From Felis catus (Eukaryota): a stretch of DNA of 64,000 nucleotides. The notes under the pieces were generated by a model. The model saw only the letters and a program-made list of their open reading frames with translations. It ran no database searches and was not told the DNA's origin. Shown here piece after piece: positions 12,893-27,701 of this stretch. Both the position numbers and the translations under genes were made by a program. The stretch covers positions 80,042,001-80,106,000 of the forward strand of contig NC_058372.1 of assembly GCF_018350175.1 (NCBI RefSeq), written 5' to 3'. Positions within the stretch are counted from its first letter, which is position 1. Each line of letters opens with the position of its first letter.

Positions 12893-14020
12893 AAATTGTT
12901 AAACACTCTTAAAACATGGAACTTCACAATTAGGTGCAGTTCAGCCTCTGCTTACTTTTTTAGACAACTTTCTATTACATGTAATATATATACAGAAAAA
13001 TGTGCACGTTATACGTGTAAAGTTCCATGAGTGTTCACTAACAGAGCACATCTATGTGAGCCCCCAGATCAAGAAGCAGATCACATCAGCACACTGGAGG
13101 CCCCCTCAACAGTGCCCCCATCCAGTCACTTTTACTTTTGCTTCCTGCGTTGTGCAGTCAGTCCCACTAGCCAGGCCGCACATCGCCACTGACCTTCCCA
13201 GCACCATTTCACTCTGTAGGGTCACTCCCCGACTATGGCCTTTGAGACCCTAGACTTCCACTTGTGGGTTGTCCACACCATTCAGCCTGTCTCATGGTAT
13301 GGATGAAATAAAGTCAGAGCCAGTGCCTGGACATGACTGGACAGTGCCCTGCTCTCTGACCTGGAACAGCACAGGTGGTCTCTCTACCTCTCCTCTCTGT
13401 GCTTCTCTCTCCCTGTAACCCCAACCCTCTCAGCCCCACCCCACACACTTCACTGCATTTAATATTTCTTTTTCTGTAGGAAGTTAACCGAATACAGCTG
13501 TGTTTGTTAATTGGTTGGTTTTTTTTTTTTTTAAGCCACATATTGAGGACACTTGTTTATATTATTTACAACTCACTGCTTTCTTGGTGCCTGCTTATTT
13601 ATTTCGGTCCCTGAGACGTTGGATTAAGCTGGTCAGATTAAATTTGGGGAAAGAAAAAGAGAGGAGGAATCTGCCTCCCTGGTCCTTGGGCCCGGCAACT
13701 TACGGAGCTGGACTCTTCATTTGCCTGGACTTTGTAGGGTTCTCTCTGGGGCCAGGAGCAGAGCGGAGCAGACCCCAAGGAGTGATGGAGGTGGGAAGGA
13801 ATGAACATCATGCCTGCCATCTTGATGTTGCTTTCTGTTAAATGTGACCTGTGGATGAGCCTTTTTCAGCCAGGGTTCCCAGGGAGATTTAAGCCCTAAT
13901 GCCTGAAGGCATCCATTGTACATCATAAATCTAAAATGGTACTTGTTACGTACTATTTCTGGGAGAATGGAGAAACTAGCCACTGAAATCATTTTCTGGG
14001 CTCTGGTTCAGATGAGAAGC

Positions 14021-14490
<470 letters not shown>

Positions 14491-15679
14491 TAGAACTCCC
14501 CATTCACAGGTGAGGATGGCTATGGGCTTTTGTCCCTGTGGGAACCTCCTCTCTGAGCAGAGCAAGAGCTTAGGAGAGCATGTGGAACCTGGCAGGGGAA
14601 ATGAAAGCTTGGAACTCCATAGTGAACATAATCTCCGTGGTGAGCAAGACAAACTGGAGTGGCTTTGACTTCCTTTGGCTCTCCTGGGACTCCCTGCTTT
14701 CCCATTGGTTTATTGGAGTGCGGTTAGGCAAGCAGGCCAGTAGCACCTGTTCTCCCTCATTTTCCTGTCTGCCCTCCCAGCACTGCTCAGGTCTTATCTC
14801 CCTCTTCATGTGCTCATTATTACTGAGTGCATCCCAGCATTATTTCAGAAGCCTCACAGCAGATTGGCCAGCTTGCCTCCCTCCTTCTGCATCCTGTTCC
14901 TCCCCTGCCCAGAAACCTTCCAGTAAAGCTCCTCAGCCTGGCACAGCCTCAGGCCTCCCTGGAGTGGCCTCAGTCTATGTCTGCAGCCTCTTCCCTGTGC
15001 TTTTCCTAGTATGTGCCTCCTGTGCTATCAGAGTGGGCTCACCCCTGCTCCCTGTGGGGTATCTCGCTCCTCATTCCTGCCTGTAGACCTCCAACTCAGG
15101 CTTCCAGGGCCGCGGCCGCACCCTCCCCAAGGGCGCATCAGGGTATTTCCTACAGGGCTCCCTTGGCACCACACACCACTCTGTGATGTCATCTACTCGT
15201 TAAATGTTTCTCATGGTTCCCTCATGGGACAGAAGCTTGAATAAAAGAAGCAAGCCATGCATCATAATATTTCCAATAATGCCTGGCAGACTGGTGGCTT
15301 CTTCATTTCTTCACCGTGGTACATTGTGTGGAATGTGAGTTGTAGGTGAATCCATGGTGTACGTTAGATCCTCGAACTCTGAGAAGTAGGTGGTTCCTAG
15401 TTAAAGGGTAGGGAAGCCTAAGCTGGGAGCTGGTAGTCTTATCTAAGACACCTGACTTGTTTGTGGCACAGTCAGGGCCATAAACTATCCTGAGTCTGTC
15501 TACTCCACCACACTGCCTCCTATCCTGTGTAGGGCCCCAAAAGTATTGTGGAAAGCCACAAGTTCTCTATGGACAAAACAGCAGAAGCAAAGGTAGGTGT
15601 TATCCCAGAAGAAGGACTTCCATGTTCTGTACCAGCCACAGCCTCTGAGGAAGCTTCTAGAAAAGTCCTCTGCCACCCC

Positions 15680-16830
15680 CAGCTTTATTGAGGTATAACA
15701 GACAAATAAAATTATAAGATATTTAAAATGTACAAAGTGATGGCTTCATATATGTATACATGTCTTAAGACACCCATCACCTCACGTTTACCCTTTAAAA
15801 CTTTTTTTTTGATGAAAACATTGAAGTTCTAGTCTTTGTAAATTTCGGTTATACAATATAGTTTACCAACTGTCATCACCATGTTTTACATTAGATCCTT
15901 AGACCTTATTCATCGAAAAACTGGAAGTTTGTACTTACCAACCTCTCCCTATTTGCCCTACCCTCCACATCTAAGTGATACCATACAGTATTTATTTCTC
16001 TGTCTGGCTTGTTTCATTTAGCATACATAATGTGCTCCACGTTCATACGTGTCACAAATGATAGAGTTTCTCTCTTTTTTTAAGAGTGAATCATATTCTG
16101 TTACATAAGAAAGGTTCTTCTTAGATCAGCCCCTGTCTGGAAATAAGTACTTATTAGGATGGGAAAAATGCCTGCTACATAGATCTACCTAGGTCACGTT
16201 TTCGAAATGTCAGCTTCTAAGGTATAATCCATATACAATAAAGTTCATCTGTCTTAGGTATACGGTTGTATGAATTTTGGCAAAAGTATACAGTTGTGTA
16301 ACCACCACCACAATCAAGATAATAGGATGTTTCCATCACCCCAAGGCTTCCTTTGTGCCCCTTGGTGGCCGTGTTCCCACCCACCACCCCCAGCTCCTGT
16401 TCTGTCTTTCCCAGAATGTCATACAAATGGAATTGTATAGTATGCAGCATTTTGTATCTGACTTCTTTAAGTCACTGCAAGTGACTTCCTTCAGTTAGCT
16501 TAATGTTTTTGAGATGCCTCCATGTTGTTACATGTGTGATTAATTAATTCCTTAAAAACATTTTTTTTAATGTTTATTTTTTGAGAGACAGAGTAAGAGT
16601 GGGGGAGGGGCAGAGAGCAAGGGAGACCTAGAACACAAAGCAGACTCCAGGCTCTGAGCTGTCAGCACAAAGCCTGACACAGGGCTTGAACTCATGAACC
16701 GCAAGATCATGACCTGACTGAAGTCAGACACTTAACTGAGCCACCCAGGTGCCCCTAATTCATTCCTTTTTATTGCTAAGTAATATTCCAGTGTGTGAAC
16801 ATACCATAATTTGTTTATGCTAACCCACGG
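15680..16830 (-). mobile_element. old L1M 3'-end fragments, interrupted by a SINE at 16554-16755
   Basis: cagctttattgaggtataa... and similar reversed L1 3' UTR motifs; boundaries approximate. Confidence 0.7.
16554..16755 (-). mobile_element. SINEC_Fc
   Basis: full body; TSD taatt(a/c)attcctt. Confidence 0.9.
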
Positions 16831-18495
16831 TTTTTAATTTTCTTGATCCAAATGTTTTTCGGCATAATTAATATTTTCTTATTAGCAAAGCAGTTTGGTA
16901 CATAGTTCTAGAACCATCAGCTTTCTTTTATTTCATTCGTTTATTCAATACAGTTAATAATCCCACGAAGCCAACACCTTTGAGACAAACTACTCCTTGT
17001 GCAGTAAGAAACACACAGCAAGCCAGGCACTGAGCCCTTCCACAGGGAATGGAGGGTTTAAAATGGGGGCAGATCCTTTGTTTTTGAGAGGGAAGCTAGC
17101 AGTGGCTCTCTACCTGGCTGTGCTTTAAAATCTCCTGGAAAACTTTCAACAAACGAAAAAGAGAGGGGAGAAAAAACAAACTCACCTGGTGACCAGGCCA
17201 AAGGTAACGGGCTGTCCCAGTTTCCCCTGAACTGAGGGGTTTCCTAGAATTTGGGACTTCATTAGTGCTAAAACCTGAGCTTCTCAGACCCACCCCCTAG
17301 GCCAAGTAAATCAGAGCCCCTGGAAGCATTGCAGCTGAGCACTGATAGTTTTAAAAGCTCCCGCAGGTGACTCTAAGGTGCAGCAGAAGGTTGATAACCA
17401 CTGAGTTCACTAAACCCTCAGGTTTACAACCCCCAACTTCCTGGAGGGAGCAGTGAGGAAGAAAGATTCTACCAGGCTACTTAGAGCTAAGGAACCAGTG
17501 ACGTACAGTTTTGTTGTGTGTGTGTTTTAATAAAACTCATTCCTCTTTTCAAGAGGTGAGGAACAGAACATCTGTGAGTGTGTCCAGACAGTGCTGTGTG
17601 ATCCAGATCCTGGGTGAGGCAAAGCTGTAAACAGGCAATGAAATAGCTTTGAGCCCACACAGTTGCAGTCCTGACCCAGCTTTTTAGCTCAGCCGAACAA
17701 TCACCGAGCTTATAGATTTAACCTCCGGTATGCTCCTAGGCCCTCTCTAACACTGAATCTCCTCTTGTGCTGCCTGCTTTTCTTGTTACTTTTCTTTATC
17801 AGCAGCTTTTGTGGGCACTGTTTGCATGGTTTTAAAAAGTTCTGTTCATGTCATGAATTCTTTCTGTAAGACTACTGTGGACATTATTCTGACCCTTGTC
17901 TGTCACTTTTACTTGGCATATTGAGGATAGAGTCCAAAAAGCTATTTGTATGGTAAGTGATGGATATAATCGTATTTCCTGCTATGTGGGTACCTCATCC
18001 GTAGTTCAAATTTTGATGTTTCAAGGAGAATACAAGAATGGATGATTTTCGAGAGGCTTACAAGTTGAATCTCAGTTACCTGCGCTTATAGGAAGTGGCC
18101 TGTTTTGCCTTTACTCCAGGGGTGTTTTGTAGCCGCAGCTATTATCTGTGTTGGCCAGGAAGGATGCAGTCCTCTTCAAAAGGAATGGAATGTGGTGCTG
18201 GGTGCACAGCATTTTACCATTAAGTAAATACTCTCCTAGGCACTCTGAATTCATCCTCACAGCCTCAGGACGTAGGGGTCACACTCCATTTAACAGGTAA
18301 GGAATTCAAGACTGAGAATAGTTAAGAGCCTTGACCGGTGACTTTCAACTCGTAAGTTGTAGAGCTGGGACTCGGAACCAAGGTTTTATGACAGATGTGC
18401 CTCTTGTGCCCATTTGGATTCCACATTAAATGTTCTTGCCACTGAAACACCTCTGCTGGGATCACCAATCAGGAAGCAGAGAATGTGAGCATTGA

Positions 18496-18795
<300 letters not shown>

Positions 18796-19337
18796 TGAAA
18801 AGCATTTGGGGACTATCTATAAAGTATTTTTTTTTTTTTTTTTTTTTGCTATGTCCTAAGGGGTTCTTTAGGGTCGGAAGAGTCATCAAGACTCAAACAC
18901 TGTTTTTCTCCCCCCTTCTTTTCCCTTCGCTCCTCAGCCTGGGTTTGTTTTAACATTTCTCACAGCGTGTGCTGGCAGATGAGCCTAGGAAACCTGCCCA
19001 CATATTGTTGTACAGTTGATGCCATCCAGGGGAGGTCTGATGCTCCTTGGCCAGCATCTACAGATCGATGACCCAGGTGCCCTTGAGATGAGCCGATGGG
19101 TCAGTAGTTCTTCAAGAATGCTTGACTTTCAAGGTCACATGGGTGTGCCTCCTCCCTCTAAAGCAGCCGTTTTTCCTTTGTAAGTCCCATGCCTCAGGCT
19201 CTCAACTAGAGATTGAGGCTTCCCCCCCCCCCCCCCCCCCCACACACACAAAAAGCCTTAGTTGAGGTCTCCCTGAAGGCAGACTCTTCTACAGTGGGTC
19301 TCAGAATGCCCTGAACCTTGGCTTTGGGCTTGGCTCC

Positions 19338-19578
19338 TTTTTTTTTTCTCTTTAATTTTTGTTAAAAAAAATTTTTTTAACGTTTTATTTTTTGAGAGAC
19401 TGAGACAAAGTGTGAGTAGGAGAGGGGCAGAGAGAGAGAGGGAGACACAGAATCCAAAGCAGGTTCCAGGCTCTGAGCGGTCAGCACAGAACCTGATGTG
19501 GGGCTCGAACCCATGAATGCGAGATCATGACCTGAGCCAAAGTCGGATGTTCAACTGACTGAACCACCCAGGCTTCCC
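19338..19578 (-). mobile_element. SINEC_Fc
   Basis: full body in reverse orientation. Confidence 0.9.
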
Positions 19579-20329
19579 ACGTGTGCTCCTTCTTAATCCA
19601 GGGGAGAAGGTTATGCTGAGTGGTTGCCATCTCTAGACAAAGTTAGGATGAAAACCTCAAGAAAACACTGCAGAATGTCATGACTTTGTCTCCCGTTTTG
19701 TCTCTCTGGGAGCGGCTTAGCCTGTGACCACCAAGGAAGATCTTGATCCTGAGTTTTTCTGAATGTTCTGTTTTATGCCCAGTGATTGCTTCCTCATCAG
19801 CTCCCCAGACTACTCTGCCCCATATGAGATATTGGAGTCCTGCTAAAAGGGGGTGCAGCTCTAATTTTTTTAGAACACATGTGATCTTAAAATCTGACCG
19901 CTCTCCCTGCTGCCCTGTCCTTTGAGCCATGAGGAACCCGTGATGGAAAAGGGCTCATTTCCAAAGTGGTGCTGTTGGTCTTAATTCGGTATACTCTGGA
20001 GCCTTTGGGCTGCAGGAGAGGCTGTGGTCAGTGGATTCTTATCAAGTGCTGGGTAAGCAGAGCCTGCCTTCGCTCTTGTGACGGCCTTGTGGGGGGCAGG
20101 CACCCAGTGTATGAGACCTGAAAGAGTCTGCATGGCAGAATGCAGGTGGGGCTGCAGACAGCACGGAGCTGCGAGTCTTGGAGTAGCGTCTACGGTAAAG
20201 GGAATCATTTCAATTCAGGCTGATACCCTCTAAAGAACATATGCTAGTCTGCCAGTTTTTTTAATGATTTTTTTTTTTAACTTTTTGTAATTGCTCAGAT
20301 TGTGCTCAGAGTTTGATTTCTGTCCGCAG

Positions 20330-20428
20330 GCAGGCGATACCTGTTTGCACGTTGCTGCACGCTATAATCACTTGTCCATCATTAAGCTCCTCCTCAGTGC
20401 TTTCTGTTCTGTCCATGAAAAGAACCAG
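20330..20428 (+). CDS. ANKRD6: ANKRD6 exon, ankyrin repeat AGDTCLHVAARYNHLSIIKLLLSAFCSVHEKNQ
   Basis: cag/GTCAGT boundaries, 99 nt. Confidence 0.96.
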
Positions 20429-21021
20429 GTCAGTGCATGTGTCCTCCCCATGGCCGCCAGGCCCCATTCTCACAAGGCTGACAGGTGTGTTAGCACAAAT
20501 GGGGGCAGAGGTCTGGGCCCGGGCCCGTGCTGCCCTTTGCATGTGTGTTCCACTGAGTCCCCGTGGTCCTGATTTATCTGGCCTCCTAGAGGGAAGAGAG
20601 CCTGCTCTTATTCCAGTGCGTATCTCCACATTTGCATATGAAACATTTTCTGAAGATCTTGGGGCCGGTTTTGCTTTTAATGCTTTTTACAAGCATTTAC
20701 AAGAAGACTGTGGCTTAGTAAATAAATAAGCAAGGGAATTAGAGTTCTGTTCCTTGCCCTGCCACTTTGATCGGATGAAGTCTCTGGTCTCTGTAAAACT
20801 GGGTATGTGGTCTGTATCTGTCCGTATAGTGGGGGGTGTGCAATAAAGCTGTGATTACTACAGTGTTCCATGGAAATGTGCATGATTTTCAGTATTTAGA
20901 TTTTTTAAACGTCTTGGCATTTATTGATACCTAAATGATAAATTGTTTGACATTTCTGCCTTTGGGTACATATATTTGAGGTTTTAAAAATCATTATTCA
21001 GGTTAACCATGCCCCATAACA

Positions 21022-21430
21022 GTGGTTTCTGATCCTGGCTGCATATAAGAATCAACAGGGCAGTTATAAATACCATTCCTGAATTCTACCCGAGTTTAAA
21101 TGACCAGAATCCAGGTAATGGGATTGTTAGAAAGTTCCTGACCTGAGTGTGCAGTCAGGATTGAGAACCACTGACACAGCTAAATACATCCTGTCATTCT
21201 GCAGCCCCCAACAGATTCTGGTCCATCAGATTACCTGTACCCAGCCCCCACTAACCAGTGGTTCTGCACCTTGGCAGGATGTTTCAGGCACCTGGGAGCT
21301 TTAAAAATCACCACGTCCAACCTACAATTCAGAACAATTAAATGCGTGCCAGGGGTGGGACCCCAGCATCAGTAGTTAGTAAAGCTCCTCCACTGATTCC
21401 AACGTGCAGCCAGGATTAGAAACCACTGCC
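21022..21430. mobile_element. two adjacent MER5B-like hAT MITEs (about 21022-21175 and 21256-21430); similar copies at about 17290-17405, 28022-28195 and 31278-31420
   Basis: cagtggtt(c/t)... and gagaaccactg terminal motifs typical of MER5; boundaries approximate. Confidence 0.65.
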
Positions 21431-22337
21431 CAGTACACACAACTAAGTGACTTGGCAACGAACTAAATGCTTCCCTGGCTACTTTCAGTGGGGGAGGGCC
21501 ACAGGATAGTGGGGTTTTCATGCTGCCCAGGAAAACAAGTTATCTGGAGCTTTACTTGATCACCCAATGGGAGAGGATGGATTATTTAACATTTGTATTG
21601 GCCTGGTTTATTCATAGCCTTCTGCTTGGAGAAACACCAGCGTTTACATATGGAATTGGCCCATCAAGCTCCATTTGTCTATAGCCTCCTTTCACGGTTG
21701 ATTGTCTGAACTTTTTCTGATATATAAAGAAAATATGAACTTCATTATAGGCTATTTGGTAAGAGGTTGAAAACAGCTGGTCTTAAGTGAACACTGATTT
21801 TTTTCAGTGACTCCACCCAAACGAAGAATACCCTGAGCCTGCAAAGTGATTCCTAGTGGGCCCTTCACATTCCAGCAGGTGGGAATGTGATCCCACCTGG
21901 GATCCTCCCCCCGTGTTTGTAGAAATAACTACTTCCACAGCTTTTGCTCATTCTAGCGCTCAGAAATCAAGGGGCCCTCTGGGCAGAAGGATATGGTACA
22001 GAGCTCTGTGATGGCTAGCCTGCTGGCCCCTGGCTATCTGTCCGTCTTCCTACCTTGGTGTAAAGCTTCAGGTCCCCATTCTCAACAACCCCAGATTGCC
22101 CCCCTGTCCTTCCCTGTGATTTCTAGTATCCTCAGTCAGAAAGGAATGCGATCTTTGTACATAGGTCATTTTAAAGCGATCTCTTTAAAGAGAACCACAT
22201 AACCCTTGAGCAAAGGGTCCCCTATCAGTCTAAGGCCAATCCTAATTTGAAAAGCTACTTACCAGGCCATGGGATGAAAAGCCGAAAGGCTGTGAGCCAT
22301 GATCAGATGGAGTTTAGCTGCCTTTCTTCTGATTTAA

Positions 22338-22448
<111 letters not shown>

Positions 22449-23657
22449 TAAGCTGCAACAGTGTTTCTAGAAATCATTCCCACCCCTTTCCAGAATGGAG
22501 TGTGTTGTTACTTACCTCACCTCCTGCAGGGCACACAGCCTCCCTTAGCCTTACTTTATAAGAGATTAGAGGTCTGCTAATAGGAGGACCCCAGAGGCCG
22601 GCTTGAGGGAACCCTTGCTCATAGCAGCTCCATGAGTTGATGAGCCCTAAGCGTTCATCTCTAGACTCCTAGCTCAAGTGAGCATATCCTGGCAGGAAAA
22701 GGAAGGTCAGGGGTGTCTAAGTAAACTGACAAGTGGATGTTACTGAAAGTGAGTTTCTGCCCTGTAAACAGACAGGGTCCTCAGAAAAGTGGCCACATGA
22801 TCATCAGATTAATCATCCTCAAAACTTGAACTCCCTTCTCCAAAATCACCTTATTCCTTCCTTCTTTTTCTTAATATCCCACCCCACCATTGTTCCCTCT
22901 CTCTCCTAGGTCCTATGGCAGGCACCAGCTCAGGCACCCTTTCTTCCTTAAGGCTGACCTGTGGTCTGAAGTAGCGCAGACTGACAGACTGAGAAAGGCT
23001 GGAGGTGGAACAGTTGTATGGAGAGTCCCCGCCTTCCTCCTCCTTTTCGACCTGTATTGGGTGGTACACCATTGTGCCTGTCCCCTGATGCCTTTCCCTT
23101 CTTTTGAATCCCACTGTTATCAACTCCCTACTTTTTGACTTCATCTCCCTAGAGCCTCCATTATGGCCATAGCTACCTAATTGTCTCTCACAGTCCAGGT
23201 CCTGAAACTGTGTGGCTGTGCCCCAGTCTGCCCTTCCAAGTGCCTTCTCCACTTCTCCAGGGAAAATTCATTGCTTGGCTGGACTTTATGATCCTTTGTG
23301 TTTCTTCAACTAAATCTTCCCCTTTGGCCCTGTCTGATGTTTACATTCTCTCCTCTCTCTTCCAGGAAGCATTCCTTGGTGGGCAGGTATTCCAGAGCTT
23401 TGCTTCCTAGAGCACTTACCGCTCACTGGGTCAGCACTTACCTTCTGTTGTTATTAATCGTTGGGCCCTCAGGTGTGATTTGGCCCCCTCGTCGAATGGA
23501 GGAGGCTCAAGAGTGAGGCCAGGTCTTCTATGCGATTGTATTTTGTTGGGCACGTGTAGGTGCTGGTGTGACTGAGCACAGAATTGCTGTCCCAGTTGGG
23601 CTAGGGTGCAGGGTTGGTCTCTCTTACTCACTTGTCCCCCACTTTGCCTTTCCTTAG

Positions 23658-23825
<168 letters not shown>

Positions 23826-25999
23826 TAACTTAAATAGGAAACTGATGGGCTCACAACCAGGCAGTGGAAAAGGCAGGAATCCATTTGGGGCTTCTAAGAT
23901 AACCAGAACAAGAGACTTCAAATTTAGTAGGCTTGTCTTCATACATGGGCATCATTTCTTCCCCGTGGCTGGATCACTGGCATTACCAGCTTTGTGGACC
24001 ATAACTCCCCAGGTTCTCAGGGAAGAAGTTCTGGTCGCAGAAGAGGATCGTGATTGGCGAGCTTGGGGCAAATGGCCTGAACGAGCAGGACAGGCACTTT
24101 AGGAAGATAGCTGCGTCCATCTGACTGTATGGTTACAGGGGAGGAGCCTTTTCTAGAGAAAGGTGGGAGGAAGGGATCCCGGTCTGGGTGAACAAAAAAA
24201 AAAAAAAAAAAAAAAATTTTTTTTCATATGATTGGTTTAATTTTTTTTCAGCAGGAGAAAAAAGAATAAAGTTACAAGAGTCTTTTAATATTTTCACAAT
24301 GTTTCACACGTCCATTAGAGGCAGTTAAGTATAAAATAGCTTTCTTTCCTTTTTTTTATTGAATAATGGTATTTTAGGCATTTAAGTTAAAAAATTGATA
24401 TCATTTGAGCTGAGATTGAAATCCTCTAACAGATTTAGTAATTTATAAGCTATTCATCATTTTAGTGCCCTGAAATAACTGTTTTTGTTCATATTCCCTT
24501 TCAGACGCATGATTTTTACAATTGTGCCTACCCTTTTGTATGCTGCCCTTTATCTTAACTATAATAGAAAAACGTTCTGTAGTTCTCAAAATTACTCATC
24601 ATAATGGAAGCCAGTATGCTTTTTTTTGTTGTTGTTGCTGTCCAATATTTTGTTAACCTAAATGTCCAACATTAAGGAAATGGTTTGTTTCCCCATCGGA
24701 GCTGCTCTGTATTACATTACAGTGAAAACTGATTTGTTTTCTACCTTATTCTGACTAATGTTGTGAGAAGATAAAGTCTCGGAGAGCCGGAGGAAGATTC
24801 CAGATACCAGCCTGCTGCATCAGAGCCTGATCCCAGTCAACCGAAGGGTCTGAATGGCCTTCGGGTCATTTAAATTTTAAAAACCTACCTGATATAACGA
24901 GCAGTTTGTGGAAGTAGTTAAGATTTTTGTCTTTGGAAAACTGGTCACCCTGTTCCCTGTGGAGTTAGTGCTTCTCAGTAGCATCTGGACATCCTTGGAG
25001 CCTCTGACAGGCATGAGTCAGGTGGTCCTTTGGAAAAAGTTTCCACCTCTTTCCAACTATTTGCGAACAAATCATTACTGGAATCACATCCATGAATCCT
25101 GATAGCAAAAGGCTGGTCTCTTACAGATCAAAAAGTACAGGATGCTATAATAAATGTCAGAATTTATCTCTGTTATCTGGCATTTCAGTATTGGCAGTTT
25201 GGACAGCCAGCTGTGTCCTCAGCCATGTGAAGATCATCAAATTTTGTGGGGTGTAGTATCCCCCAAGGTACAGACTTACAGGCCTTTGATCCCCCTGTCC
25301 TTTGTCTCCAGAACTCAAGGATCTGTGTTCTTAGGGGAGAGGCTTTCCCATGGACCATTTTCCTATGTGGTTCTCCTTTACTGTTTCCATTTTAAAAAAT
25401 GACTTCAGTTTTTCCATGCCCATTTGAATAGCAAATAGGATGACATCTTATGGAAGTATTTTACACGATTGTATAGGCTAAACCCTGTCCTCAGTATGAA
25501 CAAGGAACTCTGGAATATGCATAAAATTGTATACGTGTTGTTCTTTTGTTCTCAAGTTACAGAACTAGCTTTCCTCTTTGTGTGAAACAGGAAATTCCTT
25601 TGCCTTGGCACCTTAGTGGACCGTGGATTTCAATGGCTCACAGCAGTACTAAGATCTTTCTAAAGATCCATATTCCCCGATTTCGGTGAACTAGGAAAGA
25701 TTGATGACGTTCCATTGGTAGATGATATGGTCCGCTGAGAAAGGCTGTACGCCATGCAAAGTTATTTGCACTGGCTAATAACCTGGTCTGTGGAGGGAAT
25801 TATTCTGATGATTTGGGTGACCTCTGAGTATCCCTTCTCATTTTAGATTGATATGTTCACAAATGCTTTTGAAAGTGAATTTTGGATTGATGCTGGGGCT
25901 GTATCCTGTTCTAAGAGCCCATAAACCGAATGAGCAGTGGGCATTAGTCACTTCTTCTCATCAGACTTGACTTCCTAGTGAGTCTGAATTTAGTTTCAG

Positions 26000-26420
26000 A
26001 AATGGTTCTCAGACCTTTTGATCTGGGGACATCTAATGTTCTAGAGGCCCATCAAGAGCTGTGTGTGAATTATATCTATTAATAGTGTCCATGTTTGAAA
26101 TTTGAGAAATGTTAAAGATGGTAAGTTCATTTTGTAACAAATAGCATTGTCTTTATGAGCAATAACTATTTTTCGAAACCAAAGTTACGGGAGAAGAGTA
26201 GGTAGCATTATGTTACATTGTTGCAAATCTCCTTACGGTCTTAGTGGAAAGACGGAGGGCTGCCCTCTACTTCTGCACGTGACCCACTGGGGTGTCGTGT
26301 GCAGCTTCTGGTAAATACTGCTGTACAATCAGTGAGAGGGAAAAAGCCGACATTGTTACGCTGTCATGAAAATAATTTTAGTTTCGTGGACCCGGGGTTC
26401 CCTGGACACTTTCAGAGCTG
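26000..26420. mobile_element. hAT-Charlie-family DNA transposon remnant
   Basis: resembles recalled Charlie MITE ends (atgaaaataattttagtttcgtggaccc...ggacactttcagag); subfamily uncertain. Confidence 0.5.
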
Positions 26421-27569
26421 TTGGCTTAGAGGATGAGAATACAATTTAAAAATCTGGTTTAGCCACAGGCAGATGTCGTCAGGAATTCTCCATTTAGATT
26501 GTACCGCTGTCCATAGAGGTTCTTCTTGTCATACGATGTCACTTGAATTTAATGAACACAAGAAAGTTGAACATTTAGATGAAAGCACTATGCTGAACTT
26601 CAGAGAACCCTTCTCTATCTACAGATGAAGACCATAAAATGTTTTATTGCAAAAAAATTAGAACTTGAAGAAGTGTTTTCCCTTTCTGGACCTCCTTGGT
26701 GAAAGGGAGTGACTCTGGGGCTGGAAGTAAAAGGCCATGGGTTGAAAGCTTCTGCCAGCTCAAAGCTCTGTACTCTGGTTAAACTTCCTCTGGCCAATTA
26801 AGCAACTCGAGGGGCCAAGGCAGGAGGGAGGCACCTAACAGTGCCTGAAAGTGCAGGGTATGCCAGCCACTTGCTTTGTCTTGGTTAATTCCGCTAACTC
26901 CCCGTATTTACAGAATACAGAAAGGGCAAATAACTTGCCGGAAGATCCTACAGCTAGCTGCTGCTGAATTCCAAAATCGGGCTATCGGACCCCATGTCTA
27001 CTTGCCTGTGTCTGTTCCACCTTCCTGCCCTCTCGGGCAGGCCAAATGCTTCCTTTTGGGGACCAGATTCCTGCCCCATGGTTGGTACCATGGTTCACAG
27101 ATGAACCTCAGTGTTTGAAGCAAACTAAAAACTGACTTGAATACAGTTTGGTCAAGAGAAAATATGATGGGCTAGTTCAGGTCCAGCGTACCAAGATAGC
27201 GAGACACTGCCTGGCGTGGGGCCGCTGTGTTGTGCGAGCCCAGGGGATGCCGTTCCTATCCTCGTCTGTGAGTGGTGTTCCCTGGAGTTAAGCAGTGCAC
27301 AGCCTGCACACCCCCCTATGGCGACCGTGGCCTGGCACACAAATGCCTATTGTTGTCCTCGACCATAAGCTCCTTGAGATCGGGGACCATGTCCTACTTC
27401 CTTCTGGGCTCCTACAGAGCCCAGCACAAGACCTCGGTGCCCAGCAGGCAGGCAGAGATGCGTGTTTGATGTGATTGCTTGGTCTCTCCCTAGGCTGGAA
27501 GTTCCACTAGATCAGAGCACCAGGTCCAAGGACAATGCTGTCACGACGCTGCACACACCGTGGTTTGTA

Positions 27570-27701
27570 NNNNNNNNNNNNNNNNNNNNNNNNNNNNNNN
27601 NNNNNNNNNNNNNNNNNNNNNNNNNNNNNNNNNNNNNNNNNNNNNNNNNNNNNNNNNNNNNNNNNNNNNNNNNNNNNNNNNNNNNNNNNNNNNNNNNNNN
27701 N
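27570..27701. other. assembly gap of 132 N; others at 32954-33110 (157 N) and 35079-35426 (348 N)
   Basis: read directly. Confidence 0.99.

Noticed and set aside
14580-15086. 168-aa intronic ORF
   Set aside because: S/L/C/P-rich composition typical of CT-rich intron; no recognisable domain or convincing splice context
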